From the NCBI GenBank assembly GCA_947581805.1, contig CANPVM010000001.1, forward strand, positions 249,712-313,711: a DNA stretch of 64,000 nucleotides, given 5' to 3'. A program made the position numbers and the translations under genes. The DNA comes from an uncultured Clostridia bacterium (GTDB lineage: Bacteria > Bacillota > Clostridia > TANB77 > CAG-508). The notes under the pieces were generated by a model, which saw nothing but the letters and a program-made list of their open reading frames with translations, was not told the DNA's origin and did not search any database. This document shows, one piece after another, positions 40,592 through 50,465 of this stretch. Within the stretch, counting starts at the first letter, position 1. Each line of letters begins with the position of its first letter.

Positions 40592-41209
40592 CTAATACAA
40601 CAACTTAATCTTATTACCATTTTTAGAAATAAAACCTTCATCAATCAAACTCTTAATCTCTCTCATCATAGCACTTCTATCTACACTTAAATAATCGGCA
40701 AGAGTAGTTAAAGAAAAAGGAACAGTAATATTTTTACTAAAACTTTTTACCGATAAAATAGAAAAATAGCTAAGTAATTTTTCTCTAATCGTCCTTTTAG
40801 ATAAAATTTCTATTCTGGCATTCTGATGAACAACATTATTTAGAATTAACTCTAAAAGAAGTGAAACCAAATTAGAGTGAAATTTACAATTATTTTTACA
40901 TTTTACTTGTATATCATCATATAAAAATAGAAGAACTTCGCAATCCTCCGTTGCTAAAACAAATAGTTCATTGTTGGTATTTACAGGGTAAAAAGCTTCT
41001 CCGAAAATATCATTGGCATTGAAGCGGTCAATAATATCTTTATTTCCATTGAAATCATAACGAATTAAGTCTGCTTTCCCAGAAAGTAAAATACAAATTT
41101 GTCTTCTCTTTTCAATATAAGTAGTAATAATACTTCCTTTTGAAAAGACTTTTTTTTGCATCTTAATACAATTATCAGCCATATCGTTTATTAAAATTAA
41201 ATCATCCAT
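40592..41209 (-). CDS. Crp/Fnr-family transcriptional regulator (cNMP-binding fold + C-terminal HTH)
   Basis: C-terminal HTH 'TLADYLSVDRSAMMREIKSLIDEGFI'; N-terminal beta-roll region. Confidence 0.75.
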   Translation of the reverse strand: MDDLILINDMADNCIKMQKKVFSKGSIITTYIEKRRQICILLSGKADLIRYDFNGNKDIIDRFNANDIFGEAFYPVNTNNELFVLATEDCEVLLFLYDDIQVKCKNNCKFHSNLVSLLLELILNNVVHQNARIEILSKRTIREKLLSYFSILSVKSFSKNITVPFSLTTLADYLSVDRSAMMREIKSLIDEGFISKNGNKIKLLY

Positions 41210-41597
41210 ATCCTATTTCACTCTCTCCTATACAAATAAAAACATATTTGCCAAGCATTAAAAAGAATTAGCAAGCAAAAAAACTGTTTCAACTGCATTT
41301 TTTATAAAAGTAAAAATTAAAATTTAACTCTATTATTGCAAAAAGCTAAAAGTTTGTCAAAAAATAACGATTTTCATTATGTTAAGATTATACCTTAAAA
41401 AGCTTGCTATTGCAACAAAAATCGACAAAAAAAATTTGTAACCAAAATGTAATATTCCGTCTTTGCTTAGAAACACATAGTTTACAAATTTTAAAAAAAT
41501 ATTTTTTTAAAATTGTTGCAAATGCAACAGAAATTAAAAAATATTTTTATATAATAAAGTCATAACAAACAGAAAATGAGAAGGGAGAACTAAAGCA

Positions 41598-43724
41598 ATG
41601 AAGGTAATAAAAAGAGATGGAAGAGCAGTAGATTATAATAGAGAAAAAATTGCAACAGCTATTCAAAAAGCAAATAATGAAGTAAAACCAAGAGAAAGAG
41701 TAACAAAAGAAGAAATTAAAGAAATTATAAAATATATAGAAGACCTTGACAAGAAAAGAATTTTAGTAGAAGATATTCAAGACATTATCGAGCAACAACT
41801 AATGGATAGAAAAAAATTCGAACTTGCAAAAAAATATATGATTTATCGTTATACAAGAGCATTAGTAAGAAAAGCAAATACAACAGATGAATCTATTTTA
41901 GGCTTAATAAAAAATCAAAACAAAGAACTATTAGAAGAAAATTCAAACAAAAATGCAGTTCTTGCTTCTACGCAAAGAGATTACATTGCAGGAGAAGTTT
42001 CAAAAGATTTAACCAAAAGAATTTTATTACCAGAAAAAATTACGAAAGCACATGAAGACGGAATTCTTCATTTTCACGATATGGATTATTTCTTACAACC
42101 AATTTTCAACTGCTGTCTAATCAATATAGGAGACATGTTAGATAATGGAACCGTTATGAATGGAAAACTAATTGAATCTCCAAAAAGTTTCCAAGTAGCT
42201 TGTACCATTATGACACAAGTTATTGCAGCAGTTGCTTCTAACCAATATGGTGGACAATCTGTAGACATTAGCCACTTAGGAAAATATGTAAGAAAAAGCT
42301 ATGAAAAATTCAAAAAAAGTTTGGAAAAAGAATTTGGTGACGAACTATCAGAAGATATGATAGAAAGATTAACACAACAAAGATTGAAAAAAGAAATTGC
42401 TGCAGGTGTACAAACCATTCAATACCAAATCAACACATTAATGACCACAAATGGACAATCACCATTTGTAACCCTATTCTTAAACTTAAAGAAAGATGAC
42501 CCATACATTAAAGAAAATGCAATGGTCATTGAAGAAATTATAAAACAAAGATATGAAGGAATTAAAAACGAAAAAGGTGTATATATTACACCAGCATTCC
42601 CAAAATTAGTTTATGTACTAGATGAGCATAACTGCTTAAAAGGTGGAGAATACGACTACCTAACGAAACTTGCAGTAAAATGTTCAGCAAAAAGACTATA
42701 TCCAGATTATATCTCAGCAAAGAAAATGCGTGAAAATTACGAAGGAAACGTATTTAGCCCAATGGGTTGTAGAAGTTTCTTATCACCATGGAAAGATGAA
42801 AACGGCGAATACAAATTTGAAGGAAGATTTAACCAAGGTGTAGTTAGTATCAATTTACCTCAAATTGGTATCATTGCAGATGGCGATGAAGAAAAGTTCT
42901 GGAAATTATTAGATGAAAGACTAGAACTATGCAAAGAAGCTTTAATGTGCAGACACTATGCTTTACTTGGAACATTAAGTAATACAAGCCCAATTCACTG
43001 GAGATATGGAGCAATTGCTCGTATGGAACCAGGAGAAAAAATAGATAAACTATTAAAAGATGGCTATTCAACACTTTCATTAGGTTACATTGGAATCTAT
43101 GAAGTAACCAAAGCAATGAAAGGGGTATCACATACAACAGAAGAAGGACATGAATTTGCAATAAAAGTTATGAAACGTCTAAAAGAAGCAACGCAACAGT
43201 GGAAAAAAGAAACAGGACTTGGCTTTGCTCTATATGGAACACCAGCAGAAAGCTTATGCTATCGTTTCGCTAGAATAGACAAAGAAAAATTTGGCGAAAT
43301 CAAAGACATTACAGATAAAGGTTACTATACAAACTCTTATCATGTAGACGTAAGAGAAAAAATAGATGCATTTAAAAAATTATCTTTTGAAAGTGAATTC
43401 CAAACACTATCTACAGGTGGAGCAATTTCATACATAGAAATACCAAACATGAGACATAACCTAAAAGCACTAGAAGATGTTGTTAAATTCATTTACGATA
43501 ACATTCAATATGCAGAATTCAATACAAAATCAGATTACTGTCATGTTTGTGGATTTGATGGAGAAATTATCATTAATGATAACTTAGAATGGGAATGTCC
43601 AAACTGTGGAAACAAAGATAAAAATAAAATGAACGTAACAAGACGTACTTGTGGTTACTTAGGAGAAAACTTCTGGAATGAGGGAAAAACAAAAGAAATA
43701 AAAGCAAGAGTATTACATTTATAA
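41598..43724 (+). CDS. nrdD: anaerobic ribonucleoside-triphosphate reductase NrdD (ATP-cone + glycyl-radical domain)
   Basis: ATP-cone 'MKVIKRDGRAVDYNREKIATAIQKA'; C-terminal Zn ribbon 'CHVCGF...CPNCG' and glycyl-radical motif 'RTCGYLG'. Confidence 0.9.
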   Translation: MKVIKRDGRAVDYNREKIATAIQKANNEVKPRERVTKEEIKEIIKYIEDLDKKRILVEDIQDIIEQQLMDRKKFELAKKYMIYRYTRALVRKANTTDESILGLIKNQNKELLEENSNKNAVLASTQRDYIAGEVSKDLTKRILLPEKITKAHEDGILHFHDMDYFLQPIFNCCLINIGDMLDNGTVMNGKLIESPKSFQVACTIMTQVIAAVASNQYGGQSVDISHLGKYVRKSYEKFKKSLEKEFGDELSEDMIERLTQQRLKKEIAAGVQTIQYQINTLMTTNGQSPFVTLFLNLKKDDPYIKENAMVIEEIIKQRYEGIKNEKGVYITPAFPKLVYVLDEHNCLKGGEYDYLTKLAVKCSAKRLYPDYISAKKMRENYEGNVFSPMGCRSFLSPWKDENGEYKFEGRFNQGVVSINLPQIGIIADGDEEKFWKLLDERLELCKEALMCRHYALLGTLSNTSPIHWRYGAIARMEPGEKIDKLLKDGYSTLSLGYIGIYEVTKAMKGVSHTTEEGHEFAIKVMKRLKEATQQWKKETGLGFALYGTPAESLCYRFARIDKEKFGEIKDITDKGYYTNSYHVDVREKIDAFKKLSFESEFQTLSTGGAISYIEIPNMRHNLKALEDVVKFIYDNIQYAEFNTKSDYCHVCGFDGEIIINDNLEWECPNCGNKDKNKMNVTRRTCGYLGENFWNEGKTKEIKARVLHL

Positions 43725-43792
43725 AACAATCAATTTGGCAAGAGTCATCTTCCTTATAAGAGGATGCTCTTACCAAAAGCGAGGAGTAAACC

Positions 43793-44338
43793 ATGAATTA
43801 TGCAAAAATAAAAAATTGCGATGTTGCAAACGGCCCAGGAGTTAGAGTATCATTATTTGTAAGTGGATGTAACCATCATTGCAAAAATTGCTTCAACCGT
43901 GAAGCATGGGACTTTAACTATGGAGATGAATTCACAAGTAAACAAGAACAAGAAATTATAGAAGATTTAAAACCAGATTATATTACAGGGCTAAGTCTTT
44001 TAGGAGGCGAACCTTTCGAACAAGTAAATCAAGAAGGGTTAGTACCACTAATCAAAAAAGTAAAAGAAACATACCCAAACAAAAAAATATGGTGTTATAC
44101 AGGTTTTACATTCGACAAACAAATTCTAGGTCAAATGATACAAGAAGAACATAGAGAAACCACAAAAGAAATGCTAGAAAACATAGATTACATCGTAGAT
44201 GGAAGATTTGTAGAAGAATTAAAAGACCCAAAACTAAGATTTAGAGGTTCAAGCAACCAAAGAATAATAGACGTAAAAAAGAGCCTAGAGCAACATGACA
44301 TCGTCATTTGGGATGGCTTAAACAAAGATGTAGGTTAA
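43793..44338 (+). CDS. nrdG: anaerobic ribonucleotide reductase activating protein NrdG (radical SAM)
   Basis: 'VSGCNHHCKNCFN' CxxxCxxC radical-SAM cluster motif; size and adjacency to nrdD. Confidence 0.85.
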   Translation: MNYAKIKNCDVANGPGVRVSLFVSGCNHHCKNCFNREAWDFNYGDEFTSKQEQEIIEDLKPDYITGLSLLGGEPFEQVNQEGLVPLIKKVKETYPNKKIWCYTGFTFDKQILGQMIQEEHRETTKEMLENIDYIVDGRFVEELKDPKLRFRGSSNQRIIDVKKSLEQHDIVIWDGLNKDVG

Positions 44339-44390
44339 ACAAGAGGGACGCCCCTTTTCGTTCCAAAATGGAACGGTAGGGACACCCTTT
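44338..44390 (+). repeat. repeat family 1, copy 3
   Basis: 'aacaagagggacgccccttttcgttccaaaatggaacggtagggacaccc' + T-run directly after nrdG stop. Confidence 0.75.
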
Positions 44391-44434
44391 TTATTATTGT
44401 TTTCCAAATCTTTCCTAAAAATAGCAAACAACTA

Positions 44435-44464
44435 TTGACAAAAAACTATATTTTAAGATATAAT
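44435..44464 (+). promoter_or_regulatory. consensus sigma-A promoter (TTGACA-18-TATAAT) of rpsU
   Basis: Perfect -35 at 44435-44440 and perfect -10 at 44459-44464. Confidence 0.7.
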
Positions 44465-44535
44465 ACGTACGTATCAAGAAAAATACATATCCCGCACAAA
44501 AAAAGTGTAGTTACCGGAAGGAGGGGAATATTTAA

Positions 44536-44706
44536 ATGTCAGAGATAAAAGTTAATAATGGAAATATAGAAGATGCCTTAAAAAGATTTAAAAGACAATG
44601 CGCAAGAAATGGCGTATTGCAAGAGGTACGTAAAAGAGAGCACTATGAAAAACCAAGCGTAAAAAGAAAGAAAAAATCAGAGGCAGCAAGAAAAAGAAAA
44701 TTTTAA
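44536..44706 (+). CDS. rpsU: 30S ribosomal protein S21
   Basis: '[56 protein letters not shown]' (56 aa, below ORF-track cutoff); RBS ggaaggagggg. Confidence 0.9.
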   Translation: MSEIKVNNGNIEDALKRFKRQCARNGVLQEVRKREHYEKPSVKRKKKSEAARKRKF

Positions 44707-44836
44707 AGTAAGAAAAGAGGTTGTAAGTTAAAGGTTAGAAATAAGCTATAATTTTCAATCTCTTTATTTTTTATTTAGGTGCCTATTTAGGCAACGTCCC
44801 CAAAGGGACACTTAAGAAAAAAAGGAGGAAACAAAA

Positions 44837-45277
44837 ATGTTAAAAGAAAAATTATTAGAAGATATGAAAGTATCAATGAGAGACAAAAATGTTATAAGAA
44901 AAAATGTAATTCAAATGGTGAGAGCAGCCATATTACAAGTAGAAAAAGATAAGCAAGTAGAATTGAACGATGACCAAATTTTAGAAATCATTGCAAAAGA
45001 ATCAAAAAAAAGAAAAGATGCTTTAACAGAATATGAAAAAAGTGGAAGAGAAGATTTAATTCAAGGAATCAATAAAGAAATTGATATTTTAGCAGAATAT
45101 TTGCCAAAACCATTATCTAAGGAAGAAATTGAAAAAATAGTAGAAGACATAATTACTAGTACAGGTGCAACTTCTATGAAAGAAATGGGTATCGTTATGA
45201 AAGAAGCAAAAGCAAAAATAGGGCCTGCAGCTGACGGAAAAACGATTAATGAAATTGTAAAAGAAAAATTAAGTTAA
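44837..45277 (+). CDS. yqeY: GatB/YqeY domain protein
   Basis: 'MLKEKLLEDMKVSMRDKNVIRKNVIQMVRAAILQVEKDK' typical YqeY start; lies next to rpsU as in Bacillus. Confidence 0.8.
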   Translation: MLKEKLLEDMKVSMRDKNVIRKNVIQMVRAAILQVEKDKQVELNDDQILEIIAKESKKRKDALTEYEKSGREDLIQGINKEIDILAEYLPKPLSKEEIEKIVEDIITSTGATSMKEMGIVMKEAKAKIGPAADGKTINEIVKEKLS

Positions 45278-45554
45278 AATGATTTGAAAATTATTTAAAT
45301 AAAGTATTATAAATCTTAAAAGTGTTCGTTTCAGTTTATTTTTTAAATTAAATTACTTTCTAATAACACTTTTTAAATTTATAATACTTTATTTTTTAAT
45401 AATCCAATTAATATCTTGTATAATTTTTCCATTTTGTATTATAATATGAAAAGAATATGAAAAAATACAAGAATAATACTAGAAAAAAATATATCATAAT
45501 AAAAGTAGAATTTCTGATTAAATAAATTTGTAGCTTAGAAGGGAAGGAAAAACT

Positions 45555-46817
45555 ATGAAAAATCAAAAAAGAGAAATTAAAGAAGGAATTCAGTTTCATG
45601 AAATTACAACAAATAAATTTAAAACCAATTTATTTGCTATATTTTTAAGTGTTCCATTAACAAAAGAAGAAGTAACGAAAAATGCATTATTAACTGCAGT
45701 ATTGAGAAGGGGAACGAAAGATTTGCCATCTCAAGAGGAAATTAGTAAAAATTTAGAGGAAATGTATGGAGCAGGTTTTGACTGTGGAATAGAAAAGTCA
45801 GGCGATTATCATACCATAAAATTCTACTTAGAAATTATCAACGAGCAATTTTTACCGGAAAAAGAAAATCTAAGTAAAAAAGGGTTAGAATTACTACTTT
45901 CTATTGCTTTTAACCCATATACAGAAAATAATGCTTTTAAAGAAGAATATGTAGAACAAGAAAAAGAAAAACTAAAACAAATTATTGAAGGAAAAATTGA
46001 TAACAAAGCAAATTATGCATTAGAAAGATGCATCGAAGAAATGTACCCAAACAGTCCATATGGACTTTATAAATATGGTTATATTGAAGATTTAAAAACA
46101 ATTACAGCAAAAGATTTGTATGAGCATTACCTAAAAATTCTACAAAATAGTAAAATTGATATCTTTGCCTCTGGACAGTTCCAAGAAAAAGTAGAAGAAA
46201 TTGTAAAAGAAAATGAAAACATAAAAAAACTACAACCAAGAAATGCAAATATGGAACTAGAAAACAAAAAAGAGGAAAGGCAAGAACCAAAAGTAGTAAC
46301 TGACCACATGCAAGTAACGCAAGGCAAATTAGTCATTGGATTAGACGTATTAGCAGAAATGCCAAATATGACTTACATTACTATGCTATATAATACGATA
46401 CTAGGAGTAGACTCTAATTCAAAGTTATTTCAAAATGTAAGAGAAAAGGCAAGTTTAGCCTATGTGTGTAGTTCCAACTACATTAAAAGAAAGCAAATTA
46501 TCATGATAAGAGCTGGAATTGAAATAGAAAATTACGAAAAAGCGCTAGATATTATCAAAGAACAATTAGAAGATATGAAACAAGGGAAATTTAATGAACA
46601 AGAGATAGAAAGTGCTAAAAACTTAATTTACGCTACAATAGCTAATATAGAAGAAGAACAAGATACAGAAATTAGTTATTATTTTGGGCAAGAACTTGCA
46701 AAAAGTAATGTTACAATTGAACAATATAAGCAAAAAATAGAAGAAATTACGAAAGAACAAGTAGTGGAAATAGCAAATAAAATAAAAATAAATACAATTT
46801 ATTTCTTAAGAGATTAA
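45555..46817 (+). CDS. M16-family peptidase-like protein, non-catalytic subunit type (no HxxEH)
   Basis: Insulinase-fold pattern; lacks the inverted zinc motif; paired with downstream M16 protein. Confidence 0.65.
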   Translation: MKNQKREIKEGIQFHEITTNKFKTNLFAIFLSVPLTKEEVTKNALLTAVLRRGTKDLPSQEEISKNLEEMYGAGFDCGIEKSGDYHTIKFYLEIINEQFLPEKENLSKKGLELLLSIAFNPYTENNAFKEEYVEQEKEKLKQIIEGKIDNKANYALERCIEEMYPNSPYGLYKYGYIEDLKTITAKDLYEHYLKILQNSKIDIFASGQFQEKVEEIVKENENIKKLQPRNANMELENKKEERQEPKVVTDHMQVTQGKLVIGLDVLAEMPNMTYITMLYNTILGVDSNSKLFQNVREKASLAYVCSSNYIKRKQIIMIRAGIEIENYEKALDIIKEQLEDMKQGKFNEQEIESAKNLIYATIANIEEEQDTEISYYFGQELAKSNVTIEQYKQKIEEITKEQVVEIANKIKINTIYFLRD

Positions 46818-46876
46818 TATTTTTATAAAACTAGAAGTTAAAATCTGACTTCTGACATTTGAAAAAGGAGAGGAAC

Positions 46877-48145
46877 ATGAAAGTCATAGAAAGTCTTAAA
46901 ATAAAAGAAAAAGTATATATAGAACAACTAGAAAATGGACTAACCATTATGTTGGTTCCAAAAGCAACTACGAATAAAAAATATGTTATGTGGGCAACCC
47001 ACTTTGGTTCGGTAGATAACCACTTTATTATGCCAGAAACAAAAGAAGAAGTCTATGTGCCAGACGGAGTTGCACACTTTCTAGAACATAAAATGTTTGA
47101 ACAAGAAAGTGGAAAAAATAGTTTAGATACCTTAATGGCACTAGGCGTAGATGCCAATGCCTACACCACAAATAACCATACAGCTTATCTTTTTGAAACC
47201 ACTGAGCATTTTATGGAAGCTTTAGACGAATTAATGGACTATGTACAACATCCATATTTTACTGATGAAAATGTAGAAAAAGAAAAAGGAATCATTGGGC
47301 AAGAAATAGGAATGTATGACGATGACCCAGGCTGGCAATTATACATGAATGCACTAGATTGCTTATATGAAAAAAATGCAATAAAAATAGATATTGCAGG
47401 AACAGTAGAGTCAATTAGTAAAATTGATAAAGATGTTTTATATAAATGTTATAACACATTTTATCACCCTTCCAATATGGTAATGGTACTATGTGGCAAT
47501 TTTGAAGTAGAAAAGATGCTAGAAGAAATAAAAGCCAGATTAATAAAAAGACCAAAACAAGGGGAAATTAAAAGGATTTATGCACCAGAAGAAAAAGGTA
47601 TTCATCAAGAATACAAAGAAGCATATATGGAAGTTAGTCAACCAGCATTTATGATAGGATTTAAAGATGAAGTAAAAAAAGAAAATAAAGTGCAAAGACA
47701 TATTGCAATTGAAATTTTAATGAACATGTTAATTGGAAAAAGCTCTCCGTTATACCAAAAACTATACCAAGAAGGAATTCTATTATCACAACCAGATTTA
47801 GATTATGAATTTACTGATTACTATGCTCATGTTTTATTAACTGGGCAATCCAAAAATCCAAACAAGGTAAAGGAAGAATTATTAAAAGAGATTCAAAAAC
47901 AAAAAGAAAATTTTGATGAAACACATTTTGAAAGAATTAAAAAGAAAGTATATGGCGATTATGTAGTAGAATATAATAATATTTCTGACATTGCACGCAT
48001 GTTATTATCTGATTATTTTAAAGGAATTAATTCTTTCGACTATATTGAACAATTTCAAACAGTAACAGCAGAATATACTAAGCAAATCTTACAAGAAGTA
48101 TTTGACGAAAAACAATGTATTTTGTCGGTTGTGAAAATAAAATAA
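46877..48145 (+). CDS. M16-family zinc metallopeptidase (insulinase/pitrilysin type)
   Basis: Inverted zinc-binding motif 'GVAHFLEHKMFE' (HxxEH) plus downstream Glu region; start ATG 46877 after RBS aaaggagagg. Confidence 0.8.
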   Translation: MKVIESLKIKEKVYIEQLENGLTIMLVPKATTNKKYVMWATHFGSVDNHFIMPETKEEVYVPDGVAHFLEHKMFEQESGKNSLDTLMALGVDANAYTTNNHTAYLFETTEHFMEALDELMDYVQHPYFTDENVEKEKGIIGQEIGMYDDDPGWQLYMNALDCLYEKNAIKIDIAGTVESISKIDKDVLYKCYNTFYHPSNMVMVLCGNFEVEKMLEEIKARLIKRPKQGEIKRIYAPEEKGIHQEYKEAYMEVSQPAFMIGFKDEVKKENKVQRHIAIEILMNMLIGKSSPLYQKLYQEGILLSQPDLDYEFTDYYAHVLLTGQSKNPNKVKEELLKEIQKQKENFDETHFERIKKKVYGDYVVEYNNISDIARMLLSDYFKGINSFDYIEQFQTVTAEYTKQILQEVFDEKQCILSVVKIK

Positions 48146-48206
48146 AAAATAATGTCGAAAATACAAAGAAAACATAAAAAAATGACATACGAAAGTTTAA
48201 AAAAAT

Positions 48207-48229
48207 ACCGAAAATTCGGTGTTTTTTTA
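48207..48229 (+). terminator. rho-independent terminator (accgaa/ttcggt + T-run)
   Basis: 'ataccgaaaattcggtgtttttttatt' after M16 operon. Confidence 0.7.
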
Positions 48230-48303
48230 TTGACTAAAATGTAAAAATATGGTAGTTTATAATTAATACAAAAGAAAAAAGAGAGAAAAAAGGGAGGGGT
48301 TAT

Positions 48304-48483
48304 ATGTTAAATGAAGAAATTTGTAAGTTAAGAGAAAAATTAAATGAAAGTATAATTACAGGGCAAGACTACATGATAACATATAAGCTTAGTATAGAAT
48401 TAGATGAATTAATTGCGGAATATTACAGAAATAATAAAAATGCAGAAAAGAAAAAAGAAAAAAATTGTGTTTTAGTAAAGTAA
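48304..48483 (+). CDS. Spo0E-like sporulation regulatory protein (aspartyl-phosphate phosphatase family)
   Basis: 59 aa 'MLNEEICKLREKLNESIITGQDYMITYKLSIELDELIAEYY' fits the Spo0E-like pattern (I...R..L.......S.E.D.LI..YY); RBS aagggagggg. Confidence 0.65.
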   Translation: MLNEEICKLREKLNESIITGQDYMITYKLSIELDELIAEYYRNNKNAEKKKEKNCVLVK

Positions 48484-48627
48484 ATATGGTGAGCCTAAGA
48501 TTTTCTTAAAATTTATATTTTATAGAAAAATCTTAGGCTTGCTTTTTTCTTTTGAAAAAAGTTGAAAAAAAAAAGCAAATAGAGTATAATGAAAATAGAT
48601 AGTTCATAAAATGAATGGAGGCTTATA

Positions 48628-48978
48628 ATGAAACTAAAAAAAATAGTAACAATCATTACAATTTTATTTTTATTATTAAATACAATTTGCCTGGCAAAAG
48701 TAGATACAGATGCATATAAACCAAATGATTTAACAAATAATGATTATGAAAAAGCATTTGCAATGACAGGAAAAATTGTAAATGGACTTACTTTAATAGG
48801 AACTGTAATTGCAATTATAGGCATTATGATATTAGGAATTAAATACATGATTGGAAGTGTAGAAGAAAAAGCAGAGTATAAAAAAACAATGATACCTTAT
48901 TTAGTAGGATGTATTTTTATTTTTGCAATTACACGAATTGTTTCTATTATCTATAGTTTAGTGGTACAAATACAATAA
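48628..48978 (+). CDS. VirB2/TrbC-like pilin paralog 1 (signal peptide + two hydrophobic helices separated by EEKAEYKKTMIPY loop)
   Basis: 116 aa. Conserved C-terminal block 'G(I/L)xxMGIKYMIGSxEEKAEYKKTMIPYxVGxIxIFAxT' shared by all three paralogs. Topology matches conjugative pilins. Confidence 0.55.
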   Translation: MKLKKIVTIITILFLLLNTICLAKVDTDAYKPNDLTNNDYEKAFAMTGKIVNGLTLIGTVIAIIGIMILGIKYMIGSVEEKAEYKKTMIPYLVGCIFIFAITRIVSIIYSLVVQIQ

Positions 48979-49007
48979 AAAGTAGTAAAATACGGGGAAG
49001 TGATAAA

Positions 49008-49493
49008 ATGAAAAAATACATAAAACTAATTTATATTTTATTTATTGTAATAACAATGGTTATGATTTCTAGTCAGGTATATGCAGCACAATGTCCTGTA
49101 TGTAACGGAACAGGACATCCGCCAGGTTCTTCTGGAGTTAAATGCCCAAGATGCAATGGAACAGGAACCATAGCAATATCTGAGCATACAGCAGGAGAAA
49201 TTATAGACGAAGCAGGAACATTTATTCAAAAAGGAGAAAGTGGAGCAGAAGGTAAAATTTCACAAAGTGACTTACAAGATTTATCCAATACTATATATAA
49301 CATACTTCTAGTAGTAGGAATTGTGGTAGCAGTTATAGCAGGGTTGATTATGGGTATCAAATTTATTATGGGAGGCATAGAAGAAAAGGCAGAAATAAAA
49401 AATATGCTTATTCCATATATTATAGGATGTATCGTTGTATTTGGAGCTTTTACAATTTGGAAAATTGTAGTAGAACTATTACAATCTATGTAA
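49008..49493 (+). CDS. VirB2/TrbC-like pilin paralog 2 with DnaJ-type CxxCxGxG double zinc-finger insertion
   Basis: 161 aa; 'CPVCNGTGHPPGSSGVKCPRCNGTGT' in the variable mature N-terminal region; same conserved C-terminal two-helix block. Confidence 0.55.
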   Translation: MKKYIKLIYILFIVITMVMISSQVYAAQCPVCNGTGHPPGSSGVKCPRCNGTGTIAISEHTAGEIIDEAGTFIQKGESGAEGKISQSDLQDLSNTIYNILLVVGIVVAVIAGLIMGIKFIMGGIEEKAEIKNMLIPYIIGCIVVFGAFTIWKIVVELLQSM

Positions 49494-49582
49494 AAAAATG
49501 AAAAAATAACTAAAAAATGGTTGAAAAATAAAAAAAAGTATTGTATAATAAAAATTAGTAAATAAAGAGGAGGAAAATTTAT

Positions 49583-49960
49583 ATGAAAAAACAAGTAAAA
49601 GTAGTATCTATTATATTAATGGTAATAATGGTATTAACATCATTAACTAGCATAGTATTAGCAGCACCAGATCTTTCTGGCAAAATAGATGAAATAGGAC
49701 AAGGAAATGCAAATGCAAATACTGGTAAAATTATAACACTTGGTCAAACAGTTGTTACCATTATGCAAACAGTAGGTATTGTAGTAGCAGTAGTAGTATT
49801 ATTAGTATTAGGTATTAAATACATGATGGGTAGTGCAGAAGAAAAAGCAGAATATAAGAAAACAATGATTCCATATGTAGTAGGTGCTATTCTAATTTTC
49901 GCAGCTACAACTATCGTAAATGTTGTTTATCAATTAGCTAATGGATTAAATGTACAATAA
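49583..49960 (+). CDS. VirB2/TrbC-like pilin paralog 3
   Basis: 125 aa; signal peptide 'MKKQVKVVSIILMVIMVLTSLTSIVLAAP'; conserved C-terminal block 'LGIKYMMGSAEEKAEYKKTMIPYVVGAILIFAATT'. Confidence 0.55.
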   Translation: MKKQVKVVSIILMVIMVLTSLTSIVLAAPDLSGKIDEIGQGNANANTGKIITLGQTVVTIMQTVGIVVAVVVLLVLGIKYMMGSAEEKAEYKKTMIPYVVGAILIFAATTIVNVVYQLANGLNVQ

Positions 49961-49999
49961 TTCATTACAATAAAATTACAAACATATTACAAAAATATT

Positions 50000-50027
50000 A
50001 AAAATGCACAAAAAGTGCATTTTTTTT
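50000..50027 (+). terminator. weak terminator/attenuator after pilin genes (atgcac/gtgcat + T8)
   Basis: 6-bp stem plus long T-run; followed by TTGTAA...TATATA promoter-like sequence. Confidence 0.4.
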
Positions 50028-50117
50028 ATGTTTTTTGGTGCATTTTGTAACACTTTCTGTTATAATATATATAAGTGTAATTATATACCTATACAAATGA
50101 GAGGAGAAACCATAATA

Positions 50118-50465
50118 ATGGGAACTTATAATATACCAAGAAATGTAAAAGGAGAAGGTAGAATACTATTTGTTTTTTCTACAAAAAGTTTAATTTATAG
50201 TGCAATAGGAGCAGTAATAGGATTACCATTTTACTTTTTATTTTCGGCTTTGAATTTAACAATAGTAGGAATGGGGGTTATGGCTATTATAGCTTTTATT
50301 GGTTTTATCATTGGTACCTTTAAATTTCCAGAAATAGCCGCATTACCATTCACAAAAAAAATAGGTGGCGAAAATATTGATGATATTATTATGAGAGCAA
50401 TTAAGTTTAAACGAAAAGGCAATAGAGTGTACATATATACTAAGGAGGAAGAAAAAAATGGATAG
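50118..50465 (+). CDS. VirB3-like small two-TM T4SS protein (PrgI/TcpE-like)
   Basis: ATG 50118 after RBS gagaggag; 115 aa with two adjacent TM helices; immediately upstream of VirB4 region. Confidence 0.45.
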   Translation: MGTYNIPRNVKGEGRILFVFSTKSLIYSAIGAVIGLPFYFLFSALNLTIVGMGVMAIIAFIGFIIGTFKFPEIAALPFTKKIGGENIDDIIMRAIKFKRKGNRVYIYTKEEEKNG

